A stretch of DNA of 64,000 nucleotides from Eledone cirrhosa. Lineage: Eukaryota. Shown piece after piece: positions 40,407 through 54,003 of the stretch. The position numbers and the translations under genes are program-made. How positions within the stretch are numbered: the first letter of the stretch is position 1; the number at the start of each line of letters is the position of its first letter. The notes under the pieces are model-generated. The model was not told the DNA's origin. It ran no database searches and saw nothing but the letters and a program-made list of their open reading frames with translations. Location: NCBI GenBank assembly GCA_964016885.1, contig OZ024744.1, positions 56,854,001 through 56,918,000 of the forward strand, read 5' to 3'.

Positions 40407-43400
40407 GTAAGTCCACTTTTTATGCCAAACTGCACCTCGTATCTATATATGATTAAATCCCTCCTCCAAAAGTTTTATTACTAGGATTTTTTTCAACACA
40501 CTGATGCATACATGTATATGTGTGTGTGCGTGTGCATATAACCCATGCTAGCGTGGAAGATAGACATTAAACGATGATGATGATGACAGGCAATTATATG
40601 TATAATTTAAACGCACAAACACAGACACACTTACAAAAATACACTCATGAACATACATTCAGATATATAGCAAATGGAACGCTAGTTTTTTCACCATCCA
40701 CTTCCTTCATTTTACACACACATACATTGTGACAGGTTAAGGGACAGAAGTCGCTCAAATTTATATATAGATTGTTAAAACATTGTAAAGCAGTCAGTGA
40801 CTTTTAGAAATGCAGTAACAGTTTTGCTAATCTGATTTCATGTACAAAGTATTATGAGGTAGACTTACTATTTTGAATATGAATAAGAAAGAAAATTTAG
40901 AATAAGTTTGATCCACAAGCTGGTGTGAACTAGGCAATGCTTAATATGGTTTTATCAGAACAATTTAAGCAATAGATTTTTATATACTTTACCTCTTTTT
41001 AAATTTAAATTTATTCTTATTAGATTATTTTAATTAAAATGTTTAATCTAAGTGCTTTAGGCTAGTTGTCATGAATTGGTCTTATTTCTTAAAGTTTTTG
41101 CTTCATTTTCTCTTCAAAACTATCCATTTATACTATGAAGATATATAAATAAATATATATATATATATTTAGTATTGGATAGATTGACTGAGAATTAGAA
41201 CTATCGTGTATACTGCTTGGATTAGTACAACTGGTTAAGAAGTTTGCTTTGCAATCATAAGGTCTCAAGTTCAATCCTACTAAGTAGCGTCTTTTACCAT
41301 AGCCTCAGGTTGACCCAAGCCTTGTGGAAATCTGCCAGATTGACTACCTGAAGTTCAATGGACCAGTCTTATCACATACTGAATCACCTTGAAAATTACA
41401 TTAAAGGTGTATGTTTCTGAGAAATTCTCAATCACTTGCATGTTTATTTCACAGGCAGGCTGTTCTGTTGATAGAACTAGAACACTCATCATCAAAACTT
41501 GACAGAGGTCCATTCCATGTAAAACAGCTGGTGGTGGTAGTAGCAACTGATTAGTCTATGTACCTTGTAATGTGACCGTGGTGGGTGATAACATAGAAAG
41601 TGCATACTGTCTTTAACAGCGGAGGTGCATGACCTAGCAGTTAGTCAGTTAGAATCTTAAGACCATGAGTTTCATTCATGCACCAATAACAGGGGTTAAC
41701 TCCTTCAATAGATAGTTGTCCTGTTCTGAGAGAAGTCTTTTCCTAACATTAAAACCTGTCAGGTGCAACCTAGTAGAAAGTAGACTAAATCTTCATAGGA
41801 ACTTAGATGTTAACTGACTGCAAATATAGGTGGCTACAGTAACTGATGAGGAAGAAACTGCATATAGTGGCCAATTTATATGTCACCAAAGTTCACAATA
41901 TCTAATAGAAATTACTTGTGTTGAACACAAAATGTGTATTAAGTGAACACAGTTGCACAAGTTTATATTTGGTGCAACAATAAAATGTATCCAGTACACC
42001 TTGTCAAGTGCTTTGTGTTTAAAAGGGCATCCAACATGGAAAAACAGATGTAAAATGATAAAGGTCAGATAAAATTACATGGGACATGTATAACTAGTAA
42101 GATAAGCAGCAATTTGGTTAAACAATCTTAACAGTAAGTAGTACATATGTGGTTGCTATTTAAGGTACAATGTAGAAGTTCTACACCATTCACTACCTCA
42201 TTAATTGGCTCCACTCGCTAGACTGCAGCACCACCTTGAAAAGATTTACTTGACCATATTAATTCCAGTACTTATTTTATCTAGCTCCTTTTTGTTAAAC
42301 TAAGTTACAAGATAAACACAAATGTAAATAGTTATAGACACACACATATAGACATATATGAGCTTCTGCATTTCACTTGCAAGTTATTGGTCAACCCCAA
42401 AATACACTTGCTCAAGGTGCCAGACAGTGAACTACTTTAGCCAATCATGCCTGCATCTTTATCACATTTCATTTTCAAAGTCGTATCCTGTCTAGTAATG
42501 CAAATATATAAAATACAAAAGAATACAACAAAAATTATTCAGTAACTTTATTTTATTAAATATACATAGATACATATATAAAAAATAATTTACAAGTTAC
42601 TTTTAAAAAATAGCAAAGTTAATAACATGTGAAAATGCCACAATGGTAGTGATATTTTGTTTTAAAAGTTTAAATTTTAATACAGAGGTAGATATATCCA
42701 GGTCACAGCTTTACAATGTTATATAATGACAATAACAATCAATGCATTAATATGGTAACAAATCCATTTCTCAATTTTGTGGAAGGTTTTTTTCTATAAA
42801 TGTAAACAGGACATATATAATAGTGATTTCTTATATATTTATGTATATTATGAATGTATTCTGAGTGAGATTTAGCATCACAACCAAGCATTTTAAAATA
42901 AGTTTTATTCAAATTATGTGTGTGGTAGACTAGTGTTGTCTGAACAAAGGAATTAATTTAATAATGGGTAACTTAGATAAGTCACTACAAATTTTAATTA
43001 AGAAAGGAGAATAAAATAATTCCAATTCCAATTAGGGAGATTTAACAATATCGAACAGTAGTTCAAAGTGCTGAACTAAAGGGGATGATATGTAAAAGTT
43101 GTATTTTTAAAATGGAGTCAATTAAGCAAGGTTTAATAAATTAGAAACAGTAATGAGAAAGATAAAAGAGGGATTAGATGAATAAAACTGAGAATAGAAG
43201 GTTGGACTAGAGGGACACGGAAAGAGAAGAAAATGTCAACTCAAAAAATATGCCTCAATCACTATGAGCATGTTATTAAGAATTGGTACTCTTCTTAAGA
43301 GAAGAAGAAAAATATATATCTTAAAAATAAGAATATAATGGCTGAGAGAAAAAGTATAGGATCTATGAAATATGTAATTAACAGAAGCAGAATTGCATGG

Positions 43401-43659
43401 TTTTAGGAAAAGAAATAGAGGGAACAAGGTTTGTCCCTTTTCAAAGAGAAAGGGACCAAAACCAATTGACGAAGAACACAGAAAAAGACAGTGAATACTA
43501 TTAAAGAGACTTGTTCTCTTAGTAACAGAACTGTAAGGGAACTCTTTATAAGTAAATTGATCAGTCGAGAAAAAAGCTAAGGGTAAAGAAGAGGGGCAGT
43601 AGTGTTTTATTTTTAAGGTTAAGATACTAGACTAAGCTGTAGAGGGACAAGGAGGCATT

Positions 43660-46340
43660 ATAGTACATAAGAGTGTGGGAGAGAGAATTACACTACATAA
43701 GAGTGTAGGAGAGAGAGAGAATTACACTACATAAGAGTGTAGGAGAGAGAGAGAATTACACTACATAAGAGTGTAGGAGAGAGAGAGAATTACACTACAT
43801 AAGAGTGTGAGAGAGAGTTACACTGCATAAGTGTGGAAGAGAGAGAGAGTTACACTGCATAAGAGTATGGGGGAGAGAGTTACACTGCATAAGAGTGTGG
43901 GAGAGAGATAGTTACACTACATAAGAGTGTGAGAGAGAGATAGTTACACTACATAAGAGTGTGAGAGTTACACTGCATAAGAGTGTAGGAAAGAGAGTTA
44001 CACTGCATAAGAGTGTAGGAAAGAGAGTTACACTGCATAAGAGTGGGAGAGAGATAGTTACACTGCCTAATAGTGTGGAAGAGAGAGATAGTTACACTAC
44101 ATAAGAGTGTGAGAGTTACACTACATAAGAGTGTGAGAGTTACACTACATAAGAGTGTGAGAGTTACACTGCATAAGAGTGTAGGAAAGAGAGAGTTACA
44201 CTGCATAAGAGTGTAGGAAAGAGAGAGTTACACTGCATAAGAGTGTGGGAGAGAGATAGTTACACTGCCTAATAGTGTGTGAGAGAGAGAGAGAATTACA
44301 CTGCATAAGAGTGTGGGAGAGAGAGAGTTACACTACATAAGAGTGTAGGAGAGAGAGATTACACTACATAAGAGTGTAGGAGAGAGAGATTACACTACAT
44401 AAGAGTGTAGGAGAGAGAGAATTACACTACATAAGAGTGTGTGAGAGAGTTACACTACATAAGAGTGTAGGAGAGAGAGAGAATTACACTACATAAGAGT
44501 GTGTGAGAGAATTACACTACATAAGAGTGTAGGAGAGAATTACACTACATAAGAGTGTAGGAGAGAATTACACTACATAAGAGTGTAGGAGAGAGAGAGA
44601 ATTACACTACATAAGAGTGTAGGAGAGAGAGAGAATTACACTACATAAGAGTGTAGGAGAGAGAGAGAATTACACTACATAAGAGTGTAGGAGAGAGAGA
44701 GAATTACACTACATAAGAGTGTAGGAGAGAGAGAGAGAATTACACTACATAAGAGTGTAGGAGAGAGAGAGAATTACACTACATAAGAGTGTAGGAGAGA
44801 GAGAATTACACTACACAAGAGTGTGTGAGAGAGAGAGAATTACACTACACAAGAGTGTGTGGGAGAGAGAGAATTACACTACATAAGAGTGTGTGGGAGA
44901 GAGAGAATTACACTACATAAGAGTGTGTGGGAGAGAGAGAATTACACTACATAAGAGTGTATGGGAGAGAGAGAGAATTACACTACATAAGAGTGTGTGA
45001 GAGAGAGTTACACTACATAAGAGTGTAGGAGAGAGAGAGAATTACACTACATAAAAGTGTGTGAGAGAGTTACACTACATAAGAGTGTAGGAGAGAGAGA
45101 ATTACACTACATAAGAGTGTGTGAGAGAGAGAGTTACACTGCATAAGATTGTGGGAGAGAGATAGTTACACTACATAAGAGAGTTACACTGCATAAGTGT
45201 GGAAGAGAGTTTCACTGCATAAGAGTGTGTGAGAGAGTTACACTGCATAAGAGTGTGTGAGAGAGTTACACTGCATAAGAGTGTGTGAGAGAGTTACACT
45301 GCATAAGAGTGTGGGAGAGAGAGAGAGAATTACACTGCATAAGTGTGGGAGAGAGAGAGAGTTACACTGCATAAGTGTGGAAGAGAGAGAGAGAATTACA
45401 CTGCATAAGTGTGGGAGAGAGAGAGAGTTACACTGCATAAGTGTGGAAGAGAGAGTTGCATTACATAAGAGTGTGGGAGAGAGATGTACGCTGCATAAGA
45501 GTGTGTGAGAGAGAGAGTTACACTACAAAAGAGTGTGGGAGAGAGAGTTACACTATATAAGAGTGTGAGAGAGGGTTACACTATATAAGAGTGTGAGAGA
45601 GAGTTACACTGTCTAAGAGTGTGGGAGAGAGTTACACTACATAAGAGTGTAGGAGAGAGAGAATTACACTACATAAGAGTGTGAGAGAGTTACACTGCAT
45701 AAGTGTGGGAGAAAGAGTTACACTACATAAGAGTGTGGGAGAGAGTTACACTACATAAGAGTGTAAGAGAGATAGTTACACTACATAAGTGTGGGAGAAA
45801 GAGTTACACTACATAAGAGTGTGGGAGAAAGAGAATTACACTACATAAGAGTGTGGGAGAAAGAGTTACACTACATAAGAGTGTGGGAGAAAGAGTTACA
45901 CTACATAAGAGTGTGGGAGAAAGAGAATTACACTACATAAGAGTGTGGGAGAAAGAGTTACACTACATAAGAGTGTAGGAGAAAGAGAATTACACTACAT
46001 AAGTGTGGGAGAAAGAGTTACACTGTATAAGAGTGTGGGAGAAAGAGTTACACTGTATAAGAGTGTTGAAGAGAGATAGTTACACTACATAAGTGTGGGA
46101 GAAAGAGTTACACTACATAAGAGTGTGAGAGATAGAGTTACACTACATAAGAGTGTGGGAGAAAGAGTTACACTACATAAGAGTGTGAGAGAGAGACCGA
46201 TATACTACATAAGAGTAGGGGAGACTAGTACACTACATGAGAGAGACTAGTACACTACATGAGAGAGACTAGTACACTACATATGAGAGAGACTAGTACA
46301 CGACATGAGAGAGACTAGTACACTACATATGAGAGAGACT
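43660..46340. repeat. Minisatellite TTACACT(A/G)CATAAGAGTGT..(GA)n, ~20-36 bp units
   Basis: ~2.7 kb tandem array with a variable GA-run spacer. The last units change to CTAGTACACTACATGAGAGA. Confidence 0.97.
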
Positions 46341-46629
46341 AGTACACTACATAAGAGTGACTTGAGACAAAATAGTCCCTCATAAATGAAAGGGATTACA
46401 GCACCAACAGTTTATGAAAAAAAATAGGCTAATGTAGTGATAAAGGTGTGGGTTGGGAGAGGGAGAAAAAACAGGGTTACTACTGTTGATAATAGTAAAG
46501 GAATACAGCCAGAATACTACATATGAGCAAAGATTGTGAGAGAATGGAGGTGAGTGCAATTGATATTATGAACTGTGTGTGGAGGATAGGCAGACGAGTA
46601 AACTTCATAATATAGTGAGTTGGGATAGA

Positions 46630-47045
46630 AAGAATAGGGGTCATACACTTAAGAGTGTGAATAGGAGTCGTACACTTGATAAAGTGTGAACAGGGGCCAT
46701 ACACTTGATAAAGTGTGAATAGGGACCATATACTTGTTAGTGCAAATAGAGTCACATAGTGTGAATAGGGGTCGTACACTTCATAAGTGTGAATAGGGGC
46801 CGTACACTTCATAAGTGTGAATAAGGGTCGTACACTTCATAAGTGTGAATAGGGGCCGTACACTTGATAAAGTGTGAATAGGGGTCGTACACTTCATAAG
46901 AGTGTGAATAGGGGTCGTACACTTCATAAGAGTGTGAATAGGGGTCATACACTTGATAAGTGTGAATAAGGGTCATATACACTTGATAAGTGTGAATAGG
47001 AGCCGTACACTTGATAAGTGTGAATAGGGGCCGTACACTTGATAA
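46630..47045. repeat. Minisatellite GTGTGAATAGGGG(T/C)CGTACACTT(C/G)ATAA, ~28-30 bp
   Basis: ~14 tandem units. Confidence 0.93.
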
Positions 47046-50000
47046 AAATGTAAACTGGGATATATAGAGAGAAAGAGGGATTATTAATGTGAGAGGGAGG
47101 TAGCAGTATACTACATAAGTGTGTGAACTCAGGAGAGTAGGATCAATATACTACAACAGTATGAGTTAGAGATAAAGATTAGTGCTTGCTCATATGTAAA
47201 AGTAGAGGTTGTATTCTTTGAGAAAATGTTAGAGGACAGATAAAATAAAGCAAGTATTCTTCATAATGGAGCAACAGGTGAAAACGGCTTATGCTCACTT
47301 TCAATGAAGTTTCTCAGTGAGAAAATCATAAAAGAGAATTTGAGAGTGAAAGTTACACTATAGTGAAAAGAATAAATTTGGCTCAAAGAGTAAATTTGGA
47401 AGATTGAATAAGGATTGTACACTTTAATTAGTCGATGATAGGTGGTACCCTTTACAAAAAGGCAAAGAAAAAAAAAAGTAATAAAGAAAACAGAGGGCCG
47501 ATGATGTTGAAGGACAAACAATTAAAGCTAAGGTTCCTAAGTAAGAGAAGAGTGAACATGGACTAAAACTAACAACAAAACTGAAAGAGTTGGACTAAGT
47601 AGAAGCAATTTTCTAAGAATTGTAGATATTCACAGTAGTATAACCCCAGTAATATTAACTGAAGAGCATATGAAACTTCAATAGGGATGGTATAGAAACA
47701 ATAATAAAGCTTGAAACATGTGCCAGGACATGCTCTAAGAACAGTAATAACATGTTAAGACTATGGAAGAGGGGATGAGAGAAATAATATTCAGAGTAAA
47801 GACATAGTAGTGAGATTTGATACAAGTTGGTAACTGTAATTAATGAAACTGAGGAAAACAGAGAGGACAACAGTGTGTCAGTCAGTCGTGCATTTTAAAG
47901 AGAAAATGGAAAACACTATATTCCTATAATATCATTTGAAAGATGTCATAAGTGGAGAGGAAAAACTAATATAGAAATTGGATAGTTTAAAAAGGAAGGA
48001 TCAAAGAAACAATGTTTCCATTGCTGGCCACATCTGTTAAATCTAATAAGTTTGTAGCCAAAATACAAAACTCAAGCTATGTCATTTAATAGTAATAGGT
48101 TCGGAGACTGAGTAACATTACTCCAAATCTGTCAAATTTGTGAAGGATGTGCAATTAATTAAATAAGGATCATTCACAGAAGAAATAATTTTGAATTTAA
48201 ATATTACATGTACTAAATCGATTTAAAGAACTTGTGATAAATTAGTATTAGGAATTAATGGAAAGAGAAAGAATTATAACTATTTAATTCAAATTAAGTG
48301 GGTAACATCGAATCATTGTATAGATTGAAGAATTGTTTCAAATTTCTTATAGTAAGAATACTACATTTAGAGATTATATAATGTAATATGATGATAATGA
48401 TGAAACAGGTAAAATAAATATATTTTCAATACAACTTAATTTGAAGTATGTTACATTGTATTATGTCATTTAGTGAAAACCCTTTTCAATACAAATTAAT
48501 AATTTGAAATATGTTTATAATAATGTCATAATCTGAAATGATGTAATTGCTATTTAGTAATTTTTAAAAGTACTGACTACATATTCAGCTTAGTAGGCTA
48601 AATTGAAAATTCATAGAAATTTGATTTGATATCAAGACATTATCTAAGACTAAAGAATGACCTCACAATAAATTAGATATCCTCCCAATCTTAAGTTGAT
48701 TTTCAGTAAATCTTAACTTAACCACCCAGCATTTTATATTATTACAAGTAAATAAATGCAACCAAATCTCCTACACCCCTAAAAATTTGGAATAATAGTT
48801 AAATAAATTTTATAACAGTTTAAATTTAAGTTGAATTATGGGCTAAATTTTCAAAACAACTGTAAGCAGTTAGTTGATCATGGAAATTTTAAATTATTTT
48901 TCACTTTTTAATCAGAGTAATAGTTTATAATTGCACACTGACCTATTGTTAATAACTCATATTTAGTATTGAGGCCTCAGGGCAGCTAAACCTACATAAG
49001 TATGAACTGCAACAATATTTAGTTATATACTAGGATTTGAGGTTTGGCATATTTGTAGAACAAAATTGCCATTAGCTAGTTTAGAAAGACATTAAAATTA
49101 TTTAAAACTTAAGAATGTTAAACTTGACAATTTCCAAAAAAAGGAAGAGAATGTTGTTAAATTTGATATAAATCAATATAAGAAAGATTTAGCCTAATCT
49201 TATGGAGTTGATTTTAACACTTAATCTTAATATGAAACTGCCCAAAACCACCCTTGGTTCTATGATATAAAGCTATTTGTTTTAGAGTGTTTATATTTGT
49301 CTAAAGCTTTCCATCATAATTTTATGTAAGAACCTTTCTTATACACCAAACATCAATGATAAAGACATTTTACTAAATCCCTCCAAAATGTTGATTTTCA
49401 AAATTAAAAAATCCGGTGTTCTTTTAATAGAAATATTGTAACAGAAGGGTTGTATTGAATAAAATAAAAGATCTCCCTAAGAAAAGAAACACATGATAGT
49501 TAGAGGGAAATTCCTTATCTAATTTAAATAGTAAAAAGTAGTCCAAATCTTGAATAACAAACATCCCCAAACTGATAATACATATAATAAAATTTGGAAA
49601 CTATATTTTAAGAATATTTATACTCAATCAAATAGTAAGCAATTTTTAAAGACATGTTCAAAAACTGATTTGTGTAGGTGTATTAGTTGTATTTATATCT
49701 ATCTATTTGGACAACTTCAGAAATAGTGAGAGTATATTTAACCCTTTTGATATCAAACTGCTTCAAATGGTCCTTACTTTGATTTTTTTTTATGTAAAAT
49801 CCTTAAAGTTATGTTCCAAACCAGATTAATAATGGGGAAGTTAATTATATTACTAAATGCCTCCAATTTCTTGATGATTTTCAAAATGATTTGAAAATCA
49901 TAAGCCGTATTTCTCATAAGAAATGTGTCATGTAAATAATATTTAAAATTTAGTAGCGAGACATCAAAACTTAAACATCTGATCTTAACAATTAATTGTC

Positions 50001-50627
50001 ATTAGATAGGCTTATTAGAATTCTTATATTCTTTATTTGTACTTTATAATACAGCATTTACCAACCTTTTTTAGCCTACAACCCTCCTAACTTCTACTTT
50101 TATGTGATTGTAATTATATTTAAAATAAATCTATTATTTATATCCCTACTTCCCTATCCCAGGATGGTAGTATAAACCTCCTTGAAAACTCTTGATATAT
50201 ATATATAATTAGTTAAGAATTTAAATAACTGTTCTTAATATTAAATGTTTGTCTAGAATATGAGAATATCAAAACAAAGGTATGGGACATGAGTTTTACA
50301 ATTTTGTACAAACATATGTATTATATATTGCTCTACAAACATGTATATACATTATTAATAAATTCACTTTCATACGGTTTTACACAAACAAAATTCAAAA
50401 TATCATAATACCGATCCAACAGGATTTGTTATAAATAGACAATATAAAAATGGTAAACCAGTTGGATCAGTATTTATGAATAAAGAACACTACAAATAAA
50501 TATAATTTATTTCCTCTTCAATTTTAACAGTGAAAATGTTTGTTTTTTGTTAAAAAAAAACCTTGGTACAATGCCTAGATACAGTAATTCTAAGTAAAAC
50601 CATTTCTTTTCTTTGCCCCAACAACAG

Positions 50628-50906
50628 ATATAAAGCAAGGAGGTTACAAATACATATTTTCAGCAGTTGAGATTAAAGTTTCTGGAACTCCAAGAAACAA
50701 GAAATCTTCGGAAACAACAAGAACATCAACAATAACAAAAACAACAGTGACTTCATCAAGTACAATAAAACCAAAAACATGGACAGCAACATTGAGAAGA
50801 AGAAGAACAACAACAACAACAACAACACAAGGAATAATTGAAAAAACAACCTCACAGGAATATCAAAAACCTGTCAAAGATCGCAACAAACAAGAGAAAC
50901 CTACAG
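50628..50906 (+). CDS. AMN: Amnionless-like protein, exon C (DIKQGGYKYIFSAVEIKVSG plus Thr/Ser/Lys-rich stalk)
   Basis: ttcttttctttgccccaacaacag acceptor, ACAG|gtatga donor, 279 nt, phase 1->1, open frame. In-frame alternative acceptors at 50664/50667. Confidence 0.8.
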
Positions 50907-52075
50907 GTATGAAAATAAGGAGGTGGGGGTGTTTGTTAGCTGAAAGTAAAAAGAAAAATATATATTATACACAGGCTTATTTACAAATTGGAATTTATGA
51001 ACAACTTATTAATAGAATTGTAATCATAATCATATATAAAGGTACTCTCACTGAGGTAAACTTTGCCTTTCATCTTTTCAAAGTTAGTAAATTAAGTACC
51101 AGTTCAATGCTGGGGTCAATTCTTCCATATTTTTTACCCCTCTTGCTGGAAGGAATCAGTTGTATTCAGACCTTGAGATAGATTAGCTTCAGGTTTAAAA
51201 GCTAAAGGTGTTATGATGTTACTACAATTCCATCAAGATTAAGGACTGGTGGGTGAATGTAATTGTATATAATATATATACTTCACATACAAGGGGTTAT
51301 TAGTGTGAATGACTTTGTACTTATATTCAATCTTTTAAAGGGGAAATATAAACGTTCTATGCTACAATATATTGTATACACTCATAAATCATTTTCATTT
51401 TACGTTTACAATGCAAGCAGGGTTATTAGTCCTGTGAGGCCCATGAAAAGCTTAATCTGTTTTGCAGCTAGCTAACCCATGCTAGCGTGGAAGATAGACG
51501 TTAAACGATGATGATGATGCTTTCTAATCAACTTAAAGATAATGTATTTCATTAGAAATATGGCCACAAAAGGGTTATTATACCAATCAATTAAAAAGTT
51601 TTGTAAATCTCTCCATTGATTATCTTCAAGATTAACTGGAACTTAGAACTGTGTAATTCTTCAAAAATAGTTACAAAAGCGTAAGTGATATGTTGGTGCA
51701 ACAATAAAATGCACACAGTACAAAGTGAAGTGGTTGTCAATAAGAAGGGCATTCAGATGTAGAAACCATGCCAAAATGTAACACGAGTAAGACATGCACC
51801 CCAACCTGTCTCATCTTCGACCATGACAACCCATCCCAGCATGGAAAGCAAATGTAAAATGATGATGATGACTTACCATTTTAGCAATAATTTCATATTC
51901 AAGCCAGTTCTATTTGTGAATAGAACCAGTATTTACATCTTACCTGCAAAAAAACAGAAAAAGAATTAGAAATATAGGAAAGATTCAGTTAGGATTGGTA
52001 GTATTAGATTTATCAAGTAACTCAACTCACCTAGTATTTTCTTGAATTGTTTCTTCTTCATTGTTGTAAATTACA

Positions 52076-52106
<31 letters not shown>

Positions 52107-52260
52107 CTTACGTGTGATGTAGGAAGTCTTGTTTACCAACAAAAAAAATTACATTTTTTTTATCTACTTTAAGAAGTAGGTTTTGAAATACAACATAAAT
52201 GTTAAATACATTAATCATTTTTGTTTTCTAATGTATAAAGAGTTTTTTTCTTCTCCCCAG

Positions 52261-52360
52261 GTGGGCTTTCAATTGCTGCTGTCCTTGAAATTGCTTTGGG
52301 CAGTGTGATACTGCTTCTACTGATCATTATTTTAGTTCTCCTTTACAGAAGAGGAAATAT
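52261..52360 (+). CDS. AMN: Amnionless-like protein, exon D, transmembrane (GGLSIAAVLEIALGSVILLLLIIILVLLYRRGN)
   Basis: ttttttcttctccccag acceptor, gtaagt donor, phase 1->2. Hydrophobic helix followed by YRR stop-transfer. Confidence 0.9.
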
Positions 52361-53255
52361 GTAAGTCCTGTTGACCACTTTTAATAATGCTATCTTATCA
52401 TCCTACTGCTGCTTACTCTATTATATTGCTAGTTTTAGATGAAATACTGAAAAATAGGTGTATTTCACAATCTGCAAAGAAAGAAAAAAATATTTTAAAT
52501 CATGTTTTTATGAATAGCTTAAAATATGATAATTTCAAAATTTGTCTTAAAATCATTTACACTCACCTTCATTTTATATTTCACCTTTTCATGTCTGTAG
52601 TCAATGCACTATAAAATATGTATCTTATTACTATTATCTACAATGGTGTTTAGAGCTTAAGTAAATAGATGTGCTGTGTAATTTGTGAGTACAGCAGACA
52701 TAGATGTGTGTGCTTAAGAAGTCTGCTTAGCTACTACATGGTTACAGGTTCAATCTCACTTGGCACCACCTTGGGCAAGTGTATGCTATTATAACCTCGG
52801 GTCAACTAGAACCTTTAAGTGAAATTTTGTAGGCAGACCTATGGTAGTTTATCATGGGGGTATGCTGTTCCTATTCTTGAGTTATAGATTTAATATATCA
52901 CACCTGGCCCTTGGGATGCCTCAACTATGTTACAGCCTAGTTCTCTAGTGTCTCGGAGGCTCCGAAAAAGGAATTATGGGCACTATTTTTCCTCATAACT
53001 AAGGCATGTAAACAATAAAATCTTCATTTATCTATATTTAATTTGAAAATCCAATTCAACAGTATCCTAAGTTAATGAAGGAGATAATCTCTGGAGTTTC
53101 TGACAGCTCAAAAATAATTCTATTTCTTAACTGTACTGCCTTAAATCATCCTTTAATTTTTATTATTTGTAATAATATAAGCTCTTCTTATTATATAGCA
53201 ATTATAGCCTGGTCTAACACTGGATAAATATTATATTTGTTTTTATATTTCTCAG

Positions 53256-53406
53256 GCGTAATTTCACAAGTCGTTTTACCCCAGGACAGTTTTTTTCCAA
53301 CATTCACAGCAGATTTATTAATCAAGACACTGTCCCATTAGATGATCTACCAAGTCCAACGTATCATAATGAAGGAGGATTCCAAAACCCAGTTTATGGT
53401 GCTGAA
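53256..53406 (+). CDS. AMN: Amnionless-like protein, exon E, cytoplasmic (..EGGFQNPVYGAE)
   Basis: tttttatatttctcag acceptor, gtaagt donor, phase 2->0. FxNPxY motif, comparable to AMN GFRNPVF. Confidence 0.9.
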
Positions 53407-53884
53407 GTAAGTTTAGTATATATATCTTTTAACAAGGTATTCTTTGAACCAATTTACTTGCTCAAAAATATTATAAATATTTCTACCTTGTGTGCTCCAA
53501 TTAATCACCAATATAATCTAAATTTCAGAATAATTTATATTAAAATGTATCTAATTTTATATATTGGTGTATATATATATAGAGAGAGAGAGAGAGTGAG
53601 AAACACAGTATAACCCTAAAGGAGAGCCTGCACAGTTTTGCCTAGTTACCAGGTTCTCTTGGTTCTAACTAGTTTAAGGTAATAGATATTGCTGCTGTTG
53701 ATCACCTGATATCTTACAACATTCATGTTATGAGATTTTCATCAAATTAGGAGCTTCTTTCAAATAGATAGATATCTATGATTTTCTTCACAAATTTATA
53801 TAGGCTTTAAAAAATTGAGCTATAAGCTAAATAGATTTATCTGTAGGCTAAATCATAAACTAAAACTATTTACACTCATCTATA

Positions 53885-54003
53885 TTCTGAGTTCAAATCC
53901 CGCCGAGGTTAACTTTGCCTTTCATCCTTACGGGGTCGATAAAATAAAGTACCAGTAATACATTGGGTAATTGCTGGCCTTGTGCCTAACGTAGAAACAA
54001 TTA
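53885..54003 (+). mobile_element. tRNA-derived SINE, 5'-truncated
   Basis: Family match from the B box to the tail. Confidence 0.85.

Noticed and set aside
43660-47045. CRISPR-like repeat-spacer array
   Set aside because: The 'spacers' are only variable GA runs, not unique sequences. The context is eukaryotic with no cas genes.
50907-51181. Continuation of ORF 50747-51181 beyond KPTG
   Set aside because: It reads through a donor site into intron and SINE sequence. Only the part up to 50906 is exon.
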